NCBI GenBank assembly: GCA_013334865.1
Contig: JAAXWS010000001.1
Coordinates: forward strand, 31,067-95,066
DNA length: 64,000 bases
Source of the DNA: Chlorobiaceae bacterium
GTDB lineage: Bacteria > Bacteroidota > Chlorobiia > Chlorobiales > Chlorobiaceae
Direction of reading: 5' to 3'
The notes under the pieces were generated by a model that saw only the letters and a list, made by a program, of their open reading frames with translations, did not search any database and was not told the origin of the DNA. Both the position numbers and the translations under genes were made by a program. This document shows positions 30,885 through 40,889 of this stretch, one piece after another (positions within the stretch are counted from its first letter, which is position 1; each line of letters starts with the position of its first letter).

Positions 30885-32342
30885 TTAACTTATTTTTTTT
30901 CTTAGCCTTGCAACCGGAATTTGCATTTGTTCCCGGTATTTTGCAACCGTCCTCCTCGCGATCCTGACCCCCTTCCCGCTGAGCAGTTCGGCCAGGCGGT
31001 CGTCGCTGAGGGGCTCGGAGGGGGACTCCGCCCCGATAAGATCCCGGAGCTGCTGCTTGATGATCCTGGACGAGAGTTCGTCGCCATCATCGGTGGCGAT
31101 CGCACCGCTGAAGAAGTACTTCAGCTCGAACACGCCGTACCGGGTCTGCACGTACTTGCCGTTCACCGCACGGCTGATGGTGGAGATGTCCAGCCCGGTC
31201 CGTTCGGCTACCGTCTTCATGATCAGCGGCTGCAGCTGCTGCGGGCCGTCGATGAAAAATCGCCCCTGGGTCTCGAGCAGTGCCTCCATAACCTTCAGGA
31301 GGGTCTGGCGCCTGATCTGCAGCGCCGATGCGAACTCGTTGGCCCGTTGCAGCTTCTGCCGCATGAACTGCTTGTCCTCCTTCGGGATGGAACGCTTCGA
31401 AAGCGCCTCCCGGTAGCTGTCCGACACCCTCACCGACAGGCTGCTCCGGTCGTTCAGCACGGCCGTCAAAGCCCCGTTTTCATAAGATACGATGAAATCG
31501 GGCGAGATGTAGTGGCCGCCTTCGTCCACGAAGATGCCCGGATGCGGGTCAAGGGCCGTGATGACGGCGGTCGCCCGTTCGAGCTGCACCCGGTCGAGCG
31601 AAAGGCGCTTCATGAGGCGGTCGAACCGTTTGTTCAGGAAGTCGTCGAACCCATCGTCGAGTATCCTGCGGGCAGTGCCCACCTCCGGCAGGTCGTGCTC
31701 CCGGCCGTAGACCTCAAGCTGCACCAGCAGGCGCTCGCGCAGCGTACCGACCGCGAGGCCCGGCGGGTCGAGGTACCAGATGCGCCGCCGGATGGCCATA
31801 AGCTCATCCTCATCGACCATGACGCCCGCCTGCTCGAGCCCGTCGATGATGACGTCGGGCTCTTCGGTCAGGTAACCGTCGTCGTCGAGGTTCCCGAGGA
31901 TCTCGGCGGCGATGAGCACCTCGCGCCGGTCGATCCCCTCCTGCAGGGAGAGTTCGCGCAGCAGGCGTTCATGGAGGGTGTCATGCTGGACCGCCTGGAA
32001 AAAGCGCTCCCCGGAAGGGCCGGAACCGGTATAGCTCATCCGCCCGTCGAACTCTCCGCCTGCGGAAGAGGCTGCCGGGCGCTCCTGCATCGAAGTGCGG
32101 TCGAAGCGGGATACGGAGTCGAACATCTCACGGGAATCGGCGGAGCCGGTGCCAGCCCCGGGAGCACAGGTGCCGTCTCCGGGCTGCCGCTCCTCGACGA
32201 TCTCGAGCATGGGATTCTCCTGCACCTCCTCGTAGATCCGCTGTTCGAGCTGGGAAAGCGGCAGCTGCAGGAGCTGGCTGCTGATGACCTGTTGTGCGGA
32301 CAGCTGTGCTGTCTGCCTGTGCTGAAGCCTGATCTCTGCCAT
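30885..32342 (-). CDS. rpoN: RNA polymerase sigma-54 factor
   Basis: ATG at 32340-32342 ([18 protein letters not shown]...). It has the Gln/Leu-rich region I, the HTH and the RpoN box ARRTVAKYR. Confidence 0.9.
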   Translation of the reverse strand: MAEIRLQHRQTAQLSAQQVISSQLLQLPLSQLEQRIYEEVQENPMLEIVEERQPGDGTCAPGAGTGSADSREMFDSVSRFDRTSMQERPAASSAGGEFDGRMSYTGSGPSGERFFQAVQHDTLHERLLRELSLQEGIDRREVLIAAEILGNLDDDGYLTEEPDVIIDGLEQAGVMVDEDELMAIRRRIWYLDPPGLAVGTLRERLLVQLEVYGREHDLPEVGTARRILDDGFDDFLNKRFDRLMKRLSLDRVQLERATAVITALDPHPGIFVDEGGHYISPDFIVSYENGALTAVLNDRSSLSVRVSDSYREALSKRSIPKEDKQFMRQKLQRANEFASALQIRRQTLLKVMEALLETQGRFFIDGPQQLQPLIMKTVAERTGLDISTISRAVNGKYVQTRYGVFELKYFFSGAIATDDGDELSSRIIKQQLRDLIGAESPSEPLSDDRLAELLSGKGVRIARRTVAKYREQMQIPVARLRKKIS

Positions 32343-32347
32343 TTTCG

Positions 32348-32914
32348 TCAGATGGATGAGTCGACGAACGTCTTGAGACTGCGGTACCACTCATCTCCGT
32401 AAAGCTCGACGAGTGAGGCGCCGACATAATCGATCAGGGGGACATTCATTTCCGCACCGCGTTGGCGGGCGTCACGGCACATCGGGTGCTGTTCATAGAC
32501 AAGATAATCCAAACCGAACTTTTTCCGCACCCTGACCGGAAACAATCGGCATGAAAGCGGTTTATTCCCGGGCAGCAGGCCTTCGCGCCAGGCATTTTCC
32601 ACCGCGCAGAGGGCCATGCCGTCGCGGTGTTCGACGAACACGCACTCGCGGCCTTCGACGGTCCGTGTGTAGAGGCTGCCCTGGTAGAGCTCCGTGCAGC
32701 CATGGCGGCGGATATGGCGGAGCTGTTTTTCAGGAAGCACGTCGCGGAGTATTTCAACGGCCGCTTCGAGGGGGGCCTGTTCACGCGGATGGAGCGGGGC
32801 GCCAAGCTCCCCTTCGATGCAGCAGGCGCCGCGGCACGATTCGAGCGGGCAGCAGAAACGGGCATCGAGAAGCGCCCGGTCGACGAGCACCTCCCCTATG
32901 GAGACTATGGACAT
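32348..32914 (-). CDS. Cys-rich DUF3109-like protein
   Basis: 188 aa from the ATG at 32912-32914 ([12 protein letters not shown]...), with the cysteine cluster [16 protein letters not shown]. The DUF name is from memory. Confidence 0.65.
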   Translation of the reverse strand: MSIVSIGEVLVDRALLDARFCCPLESCRGACCIEGELGAPLHPREQAPLEAAVEILRDVLPEKQLRHIRRHGCTELYQGSLYTRTVEGRECVFVEHRDGMALCAVENAWREGLLPGNKPLSCRLFPVRVRKKFGLDYLVYEQHPMCRDARQRGAEMNVPLIDYVGASLVELYGDEWYRSLKTFVDSSI

Positions 32915-33095
32915 GGTCGGGAGGTTGTTGTGTCTATGGCGAGGGGATGCCAGTCGCTGTTCCTGTTCTGGACGGGATGACGGGAAACGAAAAACTCTCT
33001 GCTCTTTTCTCGCATCTTCATTATCTTTCAATTTTTGCGGCCGGTGTACAACTGCGCCTTACCTACCAAAAAACGTTCAACCAGGAACCTTCATC

Positions 33096-33983
33096 ATGGT
33101 GATCATAGACGGAAAAAAAGTATCAGTCGATCTCCAGCAGGAGCTGAAAGCCGGCGTCGAACATGATCGTGCCAAAACCGGCAAGGTGCCGGGCCTCGTG
33201 GTCATCATCGTGGGCCAGGACCCCGCATCACAGGTTTATGTACGCAATAAAGCCAAAACATGCAAAGAGATCGGCATGAATTCGACGGTGATCGAGCTGC
33301 CGGCCGAAACGCCGCAGCAGGAGCTCCTCGAGCGGATCGAAGAGCTGAACGCCGACCCCGACGTCCACGGCATCCTGGTGCAGCAGCCCCTGCCCCGCCA
33401 CATCGACGAGATGGCCGTGACGCTGGCCATCGACCCGAAGAAGGATGTCGATGGCTTCCATCCCGTGAACGTGGGCAACCTGGTGCTGGGCCACCTCGAC
33501 CAGTGCTACATCAGCTGCACCCCGTACGGCATCCTCGAGCTGCTCGGCCGCTACGGAATCGAGACGAAAGGCAAGCACTGCGTGGTCGTGGGCCGCAGCA
33601 ACATCGTCGGCAAGCCGATGGCGAACCTGATGCTGCAGAAGCTCGAGGCAACCAACTGCACGGTGACCGTCTGCCACTCGGCGTCGAAGGATATCCCCTC
33701 GCTGACCCGCCAGGCGGACATCCTCATCGCGGCCATCGGCAAGGCGCGCTTCATCACGGCAGACATGGTCAAGCCCGGCGCCGTGGTGATCGACGTGGGC
33801 ATCAACCGCATCGAGGACTCCTCCACCAAGAGCGGCTTCCGCCTCGTGGGCGACGTCGACTTCGACCAGGTCTCCCCGATCTCGTCGGCCATCACCCCGG
33901 TCCCCGGCGGCGTGGGACCGATGACCATCGCCATGCTCCTGAAGAACACGCTGCAGTCGTTCCGCCGCTCGAGCGGGCTCTGA
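33096..33983 (+). CDS. folD: Bifunctional methylenetetrahydrofolate dehydrogenase/cyclohydrolase
   Basis: 295 aa from the ATG at 33096, with [25 protein letters not shown] and PGGVGPMT. Confidence 0.95.
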   Translation: MVIIDGKKVSVDLQQELKAGVEHDRAKTGKVPGLVVIIVGQDPASQVYVRNKAKTCKEIGMNSTVIELPAETPQQELLERIEELNADPDVHGILVQQPLPRHIDEMAVTLAIDPKKDVDGFHPVNVGNLVLGHLDQCYISCTPYGILELLGRYGIETKGKHCVVVGRSNIVGKPMANLMLQKLEATNCTVTVCHSASKDIPSLTRQADILIAAIGKARFITADMVKPGAVVIDVGINRIEDSSTKSGFRLVGDVDFDQVSPISSAITPVPGGVGPMTIAMLLKNTLQSFRRSSGL

Positions 33984-33985
33984 AG

Positions 33986-35356
33986 ATGGCGAAGGTTGCG
34001 ACGCGCTACGTCTGCTCCGCCTGCGGGGCTGTTTCCCTGAAGTACCAGGGGAGATGCTTCGAATGCCAGAGCTGGGGAACCCTTGTGGAGACCCACGACG
34101 TGCGCGAGGAGCCGAAATCCAGAAAGCAGCGCTCCCCCGGGGCGCTGCCTTCGGTCGAGAACCTCGAAGACGACACGCCCTCGGGCTTCCACCGGACCAT
34201 GACCGGCATCGGCGAGCTCGACCGGGTGCTCGGCGGCGGCCTCATGGAGGCCTCCGCAATCCTTGTCGGCGGTGAACCCGGCATCGGCAAGTCGACCCTC
34301 ATGATCCAGCTCGCCCCGCGCCTCGAAGGGAAGAAGGTGCTCTACGTGGCCGGAGAGGAATCCCCGAACCAGATCCGCGAGCGTGCCCGCCGGCTCGGCA
34401 TCAAGGCCCCAGGCCTCAGGCTGGTCTCCGAGGTCTCCCTCGAACGCATCCTCGACACCATCGCCCACGAACAGCCGTTCCTGGTGATCGTCGACTCCAT
34501 CCAGACCGTCCATTCGTCCGATTACCAGAGCTCCGCCGGCACCATCACCCAGATCCGGGAATGCGCATCGGCGCTCATCCGGGCGGCCAAGGAGCAGAAC
34601 TTCATCCTTGCCGTCATCGGCCATATCACCAAGGAGGGCTCCCTGGCCGGCCCGAAGGCGCTCGAGCACATGGTCGACACCGTCCTGCAGTTCGAGGGCG
34701 AGGGGTACCAGCGCTACCGCATCGTCCGCTCGGTCAAGAACCGTTTCGGCCCGACCAACGAGATCGGGGTCTTCCGCATGGAGGAGACCGGACTCGAAGA
34801 GGTCTCCAACCCGTCGGAGTTCTTCATCTCCGACCGCACGGCCGACGTGCCCGGCACGGCCGTGCTTGCCGGCATCGAGGGCTCCCGCGCCCTGCTGGTC
34901 GAGGTCCAGGCGCTCGTGTCGAGGACCGGCTACTCGATGCCGCAGCGCATCAGCACCGGGTTCGACCTCAAGCGCATCGCCATCATCCTCGCCGTGCTCG
35001 AGAAACGCCTCCAGTACCAGACAGCGACCCAGGACGTCTTCGTCAAGATCGCCGGCGGCCTCCGACTCGTCGAGCCTGCCGCCGACCTTGCCGTGGCCGC
35101 GGCCATCGCCTCGGGCCTCCAGAACCGTCCCTGCAGCCCCTCGGCCGCCTGCTGCGGCGAGATCGGCCTCTCCGGCGAGCTCCGCGCCATCAGCGACGGC
35201 GAACGCCGCATCCGCGAAGCGGTGCACCTCGGCTTCAGCTCGATCGTCATGCCCGCCGCAAACACCCGCGAACTCAAGCCCTCCGTCAGGAAGCTTTCCA
35301 TCCGCATCGTCGGCTGCAGGACCCTGCACGAGGCCCTCGAATCCATGGAACTCTGA
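33986..35356 (+). CDS. radA: DNA repair protein RadA/Sms
   Basis: 456 aa from the ATG at 33986. It has the zinc finger CSACG...CFECQ, Walker A GGEPGIGKST, the KNRFG motif and a Lon-like C-terminus. Confidence 0.95.
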   Translation: MAKVATRYVCSACGAVSLKYQGRCFECQSWGTLVETHDVREEPKSRKQRSPGALPSVENLEDDTPSGFHRTMTGIGELDRVLGGGLMEASAILVGGEPGIGKSTLMIQLAPRLEGKKVLYVAGEESPNQIRERARRLGIKAPGLRLVSEVSLERILDTIAHEQPFLVIVDSIQTVHSSDYQSSAGTITQIRECASALIRAAKEQNFILAVIGHITKEGSLAGPKALEHMVDTVLQFEGEGYQRYRIVRSVKNRFGPTNEIGVFRMEETGLEEVSNPSEFFISDRTADVPGTAVLAGIEGSRALLVEVQALVSRTGYSMPQRISTGFDLKRIAIILAVLEKRLQYQTATQDVFVKIAGGLRLVEPAADLAVAAAIASGLQNRPCSPSAACCGEIGLSGELRAISDGERRIREAVHLGFSSIVMPAANTRELKPSVRKLSIRIVGCRTLHEALESMEL

Positions 35357-35427
35357 GGAAATGCGTACATTGATCTGCGATGCATTTCCATATCACGATT
35401 AACGATGTGCTCAACAAAGACAACACC

Positions 35428-35769
35428 ATGCTCAGGATTCTGCTCATCTGGCTCATCAACGCGACGGCGGTCTACGCCACCGCCCATCTCCTTCCGGGGA
35501 TATCGATCAGGAATTTCGGCGCCGCAATGATCGTCGCCCTCGTGCTCGGGCTCATCAACACCCTGCTCAGGCCGGTCCTGGTCTTCTTCTCGATCCCGTT
35601 CATCGTGCTGACGCTCGGGCTGTTCATGCTGGTCATCAACGCCCTCATGCTGCAGCTTGCCGCGGCGTTCGTCGAGGGCTTCTCGGTGGCCGGATTCTGG
35701 TGGGCCATGCTGGGCTCGCTCTGCATCAGCCTGGCAGCCTGGCTCCTCGAAACCGTCTTCAACGTGTAA
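35428..35769 (+). CDS. Small membrane protein, DUF360 / holin-family-IV-like
   Basis: 113 aa from the ATG at 35428 with 3-4 hydrophobic helices (LLPGISIRNFGAAMIVALVLGLINTLLRPVL...). Confidence 0.7.
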   Translation: MLRILLIWLINATAVYATAHLLPGISIRNFGAAMIVALVLGLINTLLRPVLVFFSIPFIVLTLGLFMLVINALMLQLAAAFVEGFSVAGFWWAMLGSLCISLAAWLLETVFNV

Positions 35770-35791
35770 CCACAAACGACATCAACCGACC

Positions 35792-36748
35792 ATGCAGGGA
35801 GAAGCACAGGCACTCATCCTCCTCAAAGCCAACAAGCTCAAGCTCCAGTCCGTCAGGTACGACGCCAGCCAACCCGGCGGCGTGCTGGTCAGGACGATCG
35901 CCAGCACCATCACCCCCGGCGTTGACCGGCTCCTCCTGACCAGCAAGCCCATATCGCACAAGGTCCTCTCCTTCCCCGTCATGCTCGGCAGCGAAAGCAT
36001 CGGGCAGGTGATGGAGGTCGGCCCCGGCGTGACGGACCTGCAGCCCGGAGATTTCGTCTACGCATCCAAGGGCGACCGCTGGCTGGGCGTCGACCCCTAT
36101 TACGGCTGCCATGCCGAAGTGGTGCCGACCTCCCGGGAGAACCTCCTCCCGCTGGGACGCCAGCCGATCCACCGGGACCTGCTCACGGGGCTCGTCGCCT
36201 ACGTGATCAGCGCGCTTGAAAAGGTCCGGCTCGACCCCTCGATGCGGGTGCTGCTGCTCGGCCTCGGTTCGGTGGGACTCATGGTGTCCGAATTCCTGCA
36301 CCAGCAGGGAATCGTCCATGTCGATGCGCTCGAAACCTTCCCTCTGCGGGGCCAGCTCTCGCACGCCGAAAACATCGCCATCGACATCGTGGACTTCACC
36401 GCGGACTTCAATGACAGCTACGACCTGGTGATCGAGACGACGGGGCGCATCCTGATGGTGGAGAAGTCCATCAGGCTCATGAAGCCCCGGGCGACGACGC
36501 TCCTCATGGGAAGCTACGAGGTCCTCGGCTACGACTACCGCCTGATCCAGCACAAGGAGCCGGTGATCGTCTGTTCGAGCGTGACGGCCCACCGGCACCT
36601 CGAGGAGGCGTCGCGGATGCTGGACGAAGGGCAGCTCGACACCGGGAAGTTCTTCACGAACGTCTTCCCGGTCAGCCAGTACGAACTCGCCTACAGGATC
36701 GCCCTCGACAGCAAGGAGGCGATCAAGACGGTCATCAGCTGGATCTGA
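35792..36748 (+). CDS. Medium-chain dehydrogenase/reductase (zinc-type alcohol dehydrogenase-like) family protein
   Basis: 318 aa from the ATG at 35792, with the GroES-like N-terminal half (GSESIGQVMEVGPGVTDLQPGDFV) and the Rossmann segment LLLGLGSVGL. The substrate is unknown. Confidence 0.75.
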   Translation: MQGEAQALILLKANKLKLQSVRYDASQPGGVLVRTIASTITPGVDRLLLTSKPISHKVLSFPVMLGSESIGQVMEVGPGVTDLQPGDFVYASKGDRWLGVDPYYGCHAEVVPTSRENLLPLGRQPIHRDLLTGLVAYVISALEKVRLDPSMRVLLLGLGSVGLMVSEFLHQQGIVHVDALETFPLRGQLSHAENIAIDIVDFTADFNDSYDLVIETTGRILMVEKSIRLMKPRATTLLMGSYEVLGYDYRLIQHKEPVIVCSSVTAHRHLEEASRMLDEGQLDTGKFFTNVFPVSQYELAYRIALDSKEAIKTVISWI

Positions 36749-36752
36749 CGGC

Positions 36753-38303
36753 ATGGGCGGCGTGAACGCAGCGGCACGGCTTTCCGGCATCTCGAAGTCG
36801 TTCGGCGCCTTCAAGGCCAACGAGGAGGTGAGCGTGACGATTGAGAGGGGCTCGATCCACGCCCTGGTCGGAGAGAACGGCGCGGGGAAAAGCACCCTTT
36901 CGAACATCCTCTACGGGCTCCTCCGTCCCGATTCCGGATCGATCGAGGTGGATGGCCGGAGGGTTTCGTTCGCCTCGCCGCGACAGGCCATCGAAGCCGG
37001 CATCGGCATGGTCCACCAGCACTTCATGCTCATCCCGACCCTGACGGTCGCCGAAAACATCGTGCTCGGCAGCGAACAGGGCGGCCTGTTCCGTCCGCTG
37101 CCGATGCGACGCATCGAAAAGGAGATCGTCGAACTCTCCCGGCGGCACGGCATGGAGGTCGACCCCCGGGCTCCGCTCTCCACCCTCTCGGTCGGAGGGC
37201 AGCAGCGGGTCGAGATCATCAAGCTCCTCTACCGCAAGGCCCGCATCCTCATCCTCGACGAACCGACGGCCGTGCTCTCCCCACCGGAAACGGAACGCCT
37301 CTTCGAAACGCTGCGCTCGCTCGTCGCCGAAGGGCGTTCGGTCCTGCTCATCACCCACAAGCTCGACGAGGTGCTGGCGGTTTCGGACACCGTGAGCGTC
37401 ATGAAGAGGGGCAGGCTCGCCGGCACGATGCCCGTCGCATCGGCCACCAAAGAGAAGCTTGCGCAGATGATGGTCGGACGCGACGTGCTCCTCAGGACCG
37501 AAAACCCTCCCCAGCAGCCCGGCAGGGAGGTGCTTTCGATCGACCGGCTCGACTACGTGATGCCCGGAGGCCGGAGGAAACTGCAGGGGATCGGCTTGAC
37601 GGTCCGCGCCGGGGAGGTCTACGGCGTCGCCGGCGTCGAAGGCAACGGCCAGACGGAACTGCTCTCCCTCCTCTGGGGCACCTGGGACCGCCGTGGCAAC
37701 GCCACCGGCAGCATCAGGCTCGAAGGGCGCGAGCTGCTCGGCCTGCATCCGGCCGGCATCGCCGCCCTCGGCGTGTCGATGATCCCGGAGGACCGCCTCA
37801 GGAGCGCCGTCATCCCCGAATTCAGCATCGGCGAAAACCTGCTTTTCGGGCGGCATGAGGAAAAAGCGTTCCACCGTGGCTTCGGTTTCGACCGCGAACG
37901 GCTCACCCGGGAAACCGCACGGCTGGAGTCGGAATACGACATCAGGCACGGCGGCGCGGCCAACCAGCCCCTTTCTTCGCTCTCCGGCGGGAACCAGCAG
38001 AAGCTGGTGTTTGCTCGGGAGATGGAGCGTCCGGGGCTCCGGCTCCTCGTGCTCGCACAGCCGACCCGTGGCGTTGATATCGGAGCCATCGAGCAGATCC
38101 ACCGGAGGATCATCGAAGCCCGCCGCAACGGCGCAGCCGTACTCCTGATCTCGTCCCAGCTCGAGGAGCTCATCGCCCTTGCGACACGCATCGGATGCCT
38201 GTTCGAAGGCGCCATCCGCCATGAGTTCGGCGAGGAGGAGGTGCGGGCCGGCCGCATCGGGGGTTCGGGATTCGAACAAGAGATCGGCCTCCACATCACC
38301 TGA
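36753..38303 (+). CDS. ABC transporter ATP-binding protein with two fused nucleotide-binding domains (sugar/nucleoside CUT2-like)
   Basis: 516 aa with Walker A GENGAGKST and the degenerate second GVEGNGQTE, plus the signatures LSVGGQQRV and LSGGNQQK. Confidence 0.9.
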   Translation: MGGVNAAARLSGISKSFGAFKANEEVSVTIERGSIHALVGENGAGKSTLSNILYGLLRPDSGSIEVDGRRVSFASPRQAIEAGIGMVHQHFMLIPTLTVAENIVLGSEQGGLFRPLPMRRIEKEIVELSRRHGMEVDPRAPLSTLSVGGQQRVEIIKLLYRKARILILDEPTAVLSPPETERLFETLRSLVAEGRSVLLITHKLDEVLAVSDTVSVMKRGRLAGTMPVASATKEKLAQMMVGRDVLLRTENPPQQPGREVLSIDRLDYVMPGGRRKLQGIGLTVRAGEVYGVAGVEGNGQTELLSLLWGTWDRRGNATGSIRLEGRELLGLHPAGIAALGVSMIPEDRLRSAVIPEFSIGENLLFGRHEEKAFHRGFGFDRERLTRETARLESEYDIRHGGAANQPLSSLSGGNQQKLVFAREMERPGLRLLVLAQPTRGVDIGAIEQIHRRIIEARRNGAAVLLISSQLEELIALATRIGCLFEGAIRHEFGEEEVRAGRIGGSGFEQEIGLHIT

Positions 38304-38317
38304 AACGCATCCGCCCC

Positions 38318-39346
38318 ATGTCCCGAAAGAACCTCCGCTCCTTGGTCCCGCTTTTCGCGGTCCTGTCCGCCCTCGGCGCCGGCAGCGCGATCATCGCCGC
38401 CACCGGCGTCAGCCCGGCCGAGGTCTACCTGCGGATGATCCGGTCGACCTTCGGATCCGGATACGGGTTCGGACAGGTGCTCTTCAGGGCGACCACCCTG
38501 CTGTTTGCCGGACTCGCCGTGGCAGTGCCGTTCAAGGTCAGGCTCTTCAACGTCGGCGCAGAGGGCCAGCTGCTCATGGGCTCGTTCGCCGCCGCCCTCT
38601 GCGGCATGGCGCTGCCCGCATCCGTCAACCCGGCCCTGGGAGTCCCCGCGACCCTGCTGGCCGCCATGGCCGCCGGAAGCATCTGGGCGCTCGCGGCCGC
38701 CTGGCTCAAGGTCAGGTACGGCGTCAACGAGGTCATCTCGACCATCATGCTGAACTTCATCGCCCAGGGCATCACCGGCTACCTCCTGACCAACCGTTTC
38801 GCCGTCCCCTCGACGGTGCATACGCCGGAAATGGTCTACGGCAGCACCCTTCCTGGTCTCGATGCGCTGCTCGGTCTCTCCTGGCACTCGCCTGCCAACC
38901 TCTCGTCGCTCGTCGCCATCGCCCTCTCCGCCTCCATGGCGCTGCTGCTCTTCGGCTCGAGGTACGGCTACACCCTGGCCGCTGCCGGCCTCAACCCCGA
39001 GGCCTCACGGCATGCGGGCATCGATACCGACTCACGGATACTCGGAGCGATGGCCATAGGCGGCGCGATCGCCGGGCTGGGCGCAGGCAACCTGGTGCTC
39101 GGCTACAAACACTGGTTCGAAGCGGGGCTGACCTCCGGAGCAGGCTTCATGGGCATCGCCGTAGCGCTCCTCGCCGGCTCGCACCCGGTATGGATCCTCC
39201 TCTCCGCCCTGGTGTTCGGATGGCTCGACTATGGAGGGCTCACGGTCAACACGATGGTCCCGAAGGAGCTCTTCATGATCGTGCAGGCGGCGGCCATCCT
39301 CGGCATCATCTCGTTCGCGTCGATCTTCCGGAGAGGTCCGGGCTGA
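38318..39346 (+). CDS. ABC transporter permease (BPD_transp_2 / inner-membrane translocator type)
   Basis: 342 aa and polytopic, with Gly/Ala/Leu-rich helices. It lies immediately downstream of the ATPase. Confidence 0.85.
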   Translation: MSRKNLRSLVPLFAVLSALGAGSAIIAATGVSPAEVYLRMIRSTFGSGYGFGQVLFRATTLLFAGLAVAVPFKVRLFNVGAEGQLLMGSFAAALCGMALPASVNPALGVPATLLAAMAAGSIWALAAAWLKVRYGVNEVISTIMLNFIAQGITGYLLTNRFAVPSTVHTPEMVYGSTLPGLDALLGLSWHSPANLSSLVAIALSASMALLLFGSRYGYTLAAAGLNPEASRHAGIDTDSRILGAMAIGGAIAGLGAGNLVLGYKHWFEAGLTSGAGFMGIAVALLAGSHPVWILLSALVFGWLDYGGLTVNTMVPKELFMIVQAAAILGIISFASIFRRGPG

Positions 39347-39356
39347 TGCTGCAGTT

Positions 39357-39383
39357 CGGTGACCGGCAAAAGGCCGGTCACCG
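39357..39383 (+). terminator. Perfect 11-bp hairpin after the ABC permease
   Basis: cggtgaccggc-aaaag-gccggtcaccg, 11 nt after the stop. There is no clear U-tail. Confidence 0.5.
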
Positions 39384-39501
39384 ATTCACGGCACGGTGAA
39401 AAAACGACGAAGTCTTTCCATAAACACATGGAATGATTATATTTTCAGGATGTATTGTCCAAAAAACATCTCATTCTGAAGACCTGAAGACCAGGAACAC
39501 C

Positions 39502-39855
39502 ATGCCAAAAAAATCAGTCGCTGATACACCGGCAAAAGAGAAGGCGCCGGCAAAAAAGAGCCCGAAAGCTGCCGTCAAATCCGAACCGAAGGCAGAAAAG
39601 AAAGCAGTGAAGAAGGCGGTCAAGGCCGAAGCTGCCGCCGACACCAAGCCGAAAGCAGCCAAAAAGGCTGCTGCTGAAAAGCCGAAAGCCGCCAAAAGCA
39701 CCGGCAAAACGAAGAAAGCCGCCACAACCGTGGCGCCGGAGCAGCTCGAAGAGCATATCCGGGTCGCCGCTTATTACCGCTGGGAAGAACGCGGCCGCAC
39801 CGAAGGCGCTCACGAAAATGACTGGATAGAGGCCGAGAAGCAGATCCGGAAGTAA
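39502..39855 (+). CDS. Lys/Ala-rich histone-H1-like tail fused to a DUF2934-like C-terminal motif
   Basis: 117 aa from the ATG at 39502 (MPKKSVADTPAKEKAPAKKSPKAAVKSEPKAEKKAVKKAVKAEAA...). The C-terminus IRVAAYYRWEERGRTEGAHENDWIEAEKQI resembles DUF2934. Confidence 0.7.
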   Translation: MPKKSVADTPAKEKAPAKKSPKAAVKSEPKAEKKAVKKAVKAEAAADTKPKAAKKAAAEKPKAAKSTGKTKKAATTVAPEQLEEHIRVAAYYRWEERGRTEGAHENDWIEAEKQIRK

Positions 39856-39883
39856 CACGCCTGCCCGCTCCGGGACAGCTCAT

Positions 39884-39914
39884 AAAAAAAGCCATTCGAC
39901 GAATGGCTTTTTTT
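39884..39914. terminator. Bidirectional rho-independent terminator
   Basis: aaaaaaagccattc-gac-gaatggcttttttt: an 8-bp core stem extended by A-run/T-run pairing. Confidence 0.8.
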
Positions 39915-39952
39915 ATATTCCTGCTTTCAACAAGCCTTACCGACGTAACGAC

Positions 39953-40120
39953 ATGAATTGGATCAGTTCGATTGCAGGAAGCATCAGGATCATCTTCGCC
40001 GGCCTCTGGCTGGTCATCCGGATCATCCTCGAATATTTCGGCCTGATCAGCGATGGCAACGACCGCAGCACCGGCATCAAGGATCTGCGGGAAGAGTACC
40101 GCAAGGCCAACTACCGCTGA
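39953..40120 (+). CDS. Candidate small membrane protein (55 aa), below the ORF-track cutoff
   Basis: atg at 39953, tga at 40118-40120, translating to MNWISSIAGSIRIIFAGLWLVIRIILEYFGLISDGNDRSTGIKDLREEYRKANYR. It has one hydrophobic helix plus a charged tail. Third positions are GC-rich like the real genes here. Confidence 0.45.
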   Translation: MNWISSIAGSIRIIFAGLWLVIRIILEYFGLISDGNDRSTGIKDLREEYRKANYR

Positions 40121-40126
40121 CCCACC

Positions 40127-40864
40127 CTACTTCTTTTCGTTCGTCACCACGGTCAGGTCGATCGACTGGCCTGCCGCGACGAAGCTGCTCACGACCGGCT
40201 TCTGGCCGATCACCGTGTTCGGCACGAGCAAGGACGAATACTCCCAGGTGATCTTCCCGACCGTCAGCCCCTGCTGGATGATGGTGCCCCTGGCCTGGTC
40301 GAGCGACATGCCGAGCACCTCCGGAACCACGACGCGCTTCATCCCCTCGGGCTCGACCTCGTACTTCCCGACGATCAGCGAAACCGCGCTGCCGGTCTTG
40401 ACCATCACGTTCGGCGGCACCGACTGGCTGAGCACCCGCCCCTCCTCGTCGGCGCTGGAGACCGCACGGAACTGGACCTCGTCGACGACCATGCCGATCC
40501 TGGAAAGGGCCTGACGCGCCTCGGTTTCGGACCTGCCACCGAGTTCGGGCATCGGATAAACGGGTTTGTCGAGGCGGTTCAGCACCAGATAGACGTTCCG
40601 GCCCGGCTTGACGGTCGACGTTGCCGCCGGGACCTGGTCGAGGACGACATTGGCGGCGGCATCGGGGAGATACCTGAAATTGTAGCTCTTCTGCGCCTGC
40701 AGGCCTGAGCGCTTCAGCACGCGGACAGCCTCTTCATACTGCAGGTTCCTGACATCCGGCACGGTGGTCTCCCTTCCGCTGGAGGTGTAGAGAGGGAGGA
40801 TGAACCTGTCGAAGACGATCAGTCCGACGAACACAAGCAGTACACGGATCCAGACTTTATTCAT
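40127..40864 (-). CDS. PASTA-domain protein with N-terminal membrane anchor
   Basis: 245 aa with three PASTA-like units (VPDVRNLQYEEAVRVLKRSGL; MPELGGRSETEARQALSRIGM; VPEVLGMSLDQARGTIIQQGL). No kinase or PBP domain is attached. Confidence 0.8.
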   Translation of the reverse strand: MNKVWIRVLLVFVGLIVFDRFILPLYTSSGRETTVPDVRNLQYEEAVRVLKRSGLQAQKSYNFRYLPDAAANVVLDQVPAATSTVKPGRNVYLVLNRLDKPVYPMPELGGRSETEARQALSRIGMVVDEVQFRAVSSADEEGRVLSQSVPPNVMVKTGSAVSLIVGKYEVEPEGMKRVVVPEVLGMSLDQARGTIIQQGLTVGKITWEYSSLLVPNTVIGQKPVVSSFVAAGQSIDLTVVTNEKK

Positions 40865-40889
40865 TTCCTGTCGGTGAGATGGTAATCGT

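Noticed and set aside
35428-35769. A holin-family gene as a marker of a prophage or lysis cassette.
   Set aside because: It is a lone DUF360-type membrane protein between radA and a dehydrogenase. There are no endolysin, capsid, terminase or integrase genes and no compositional break.
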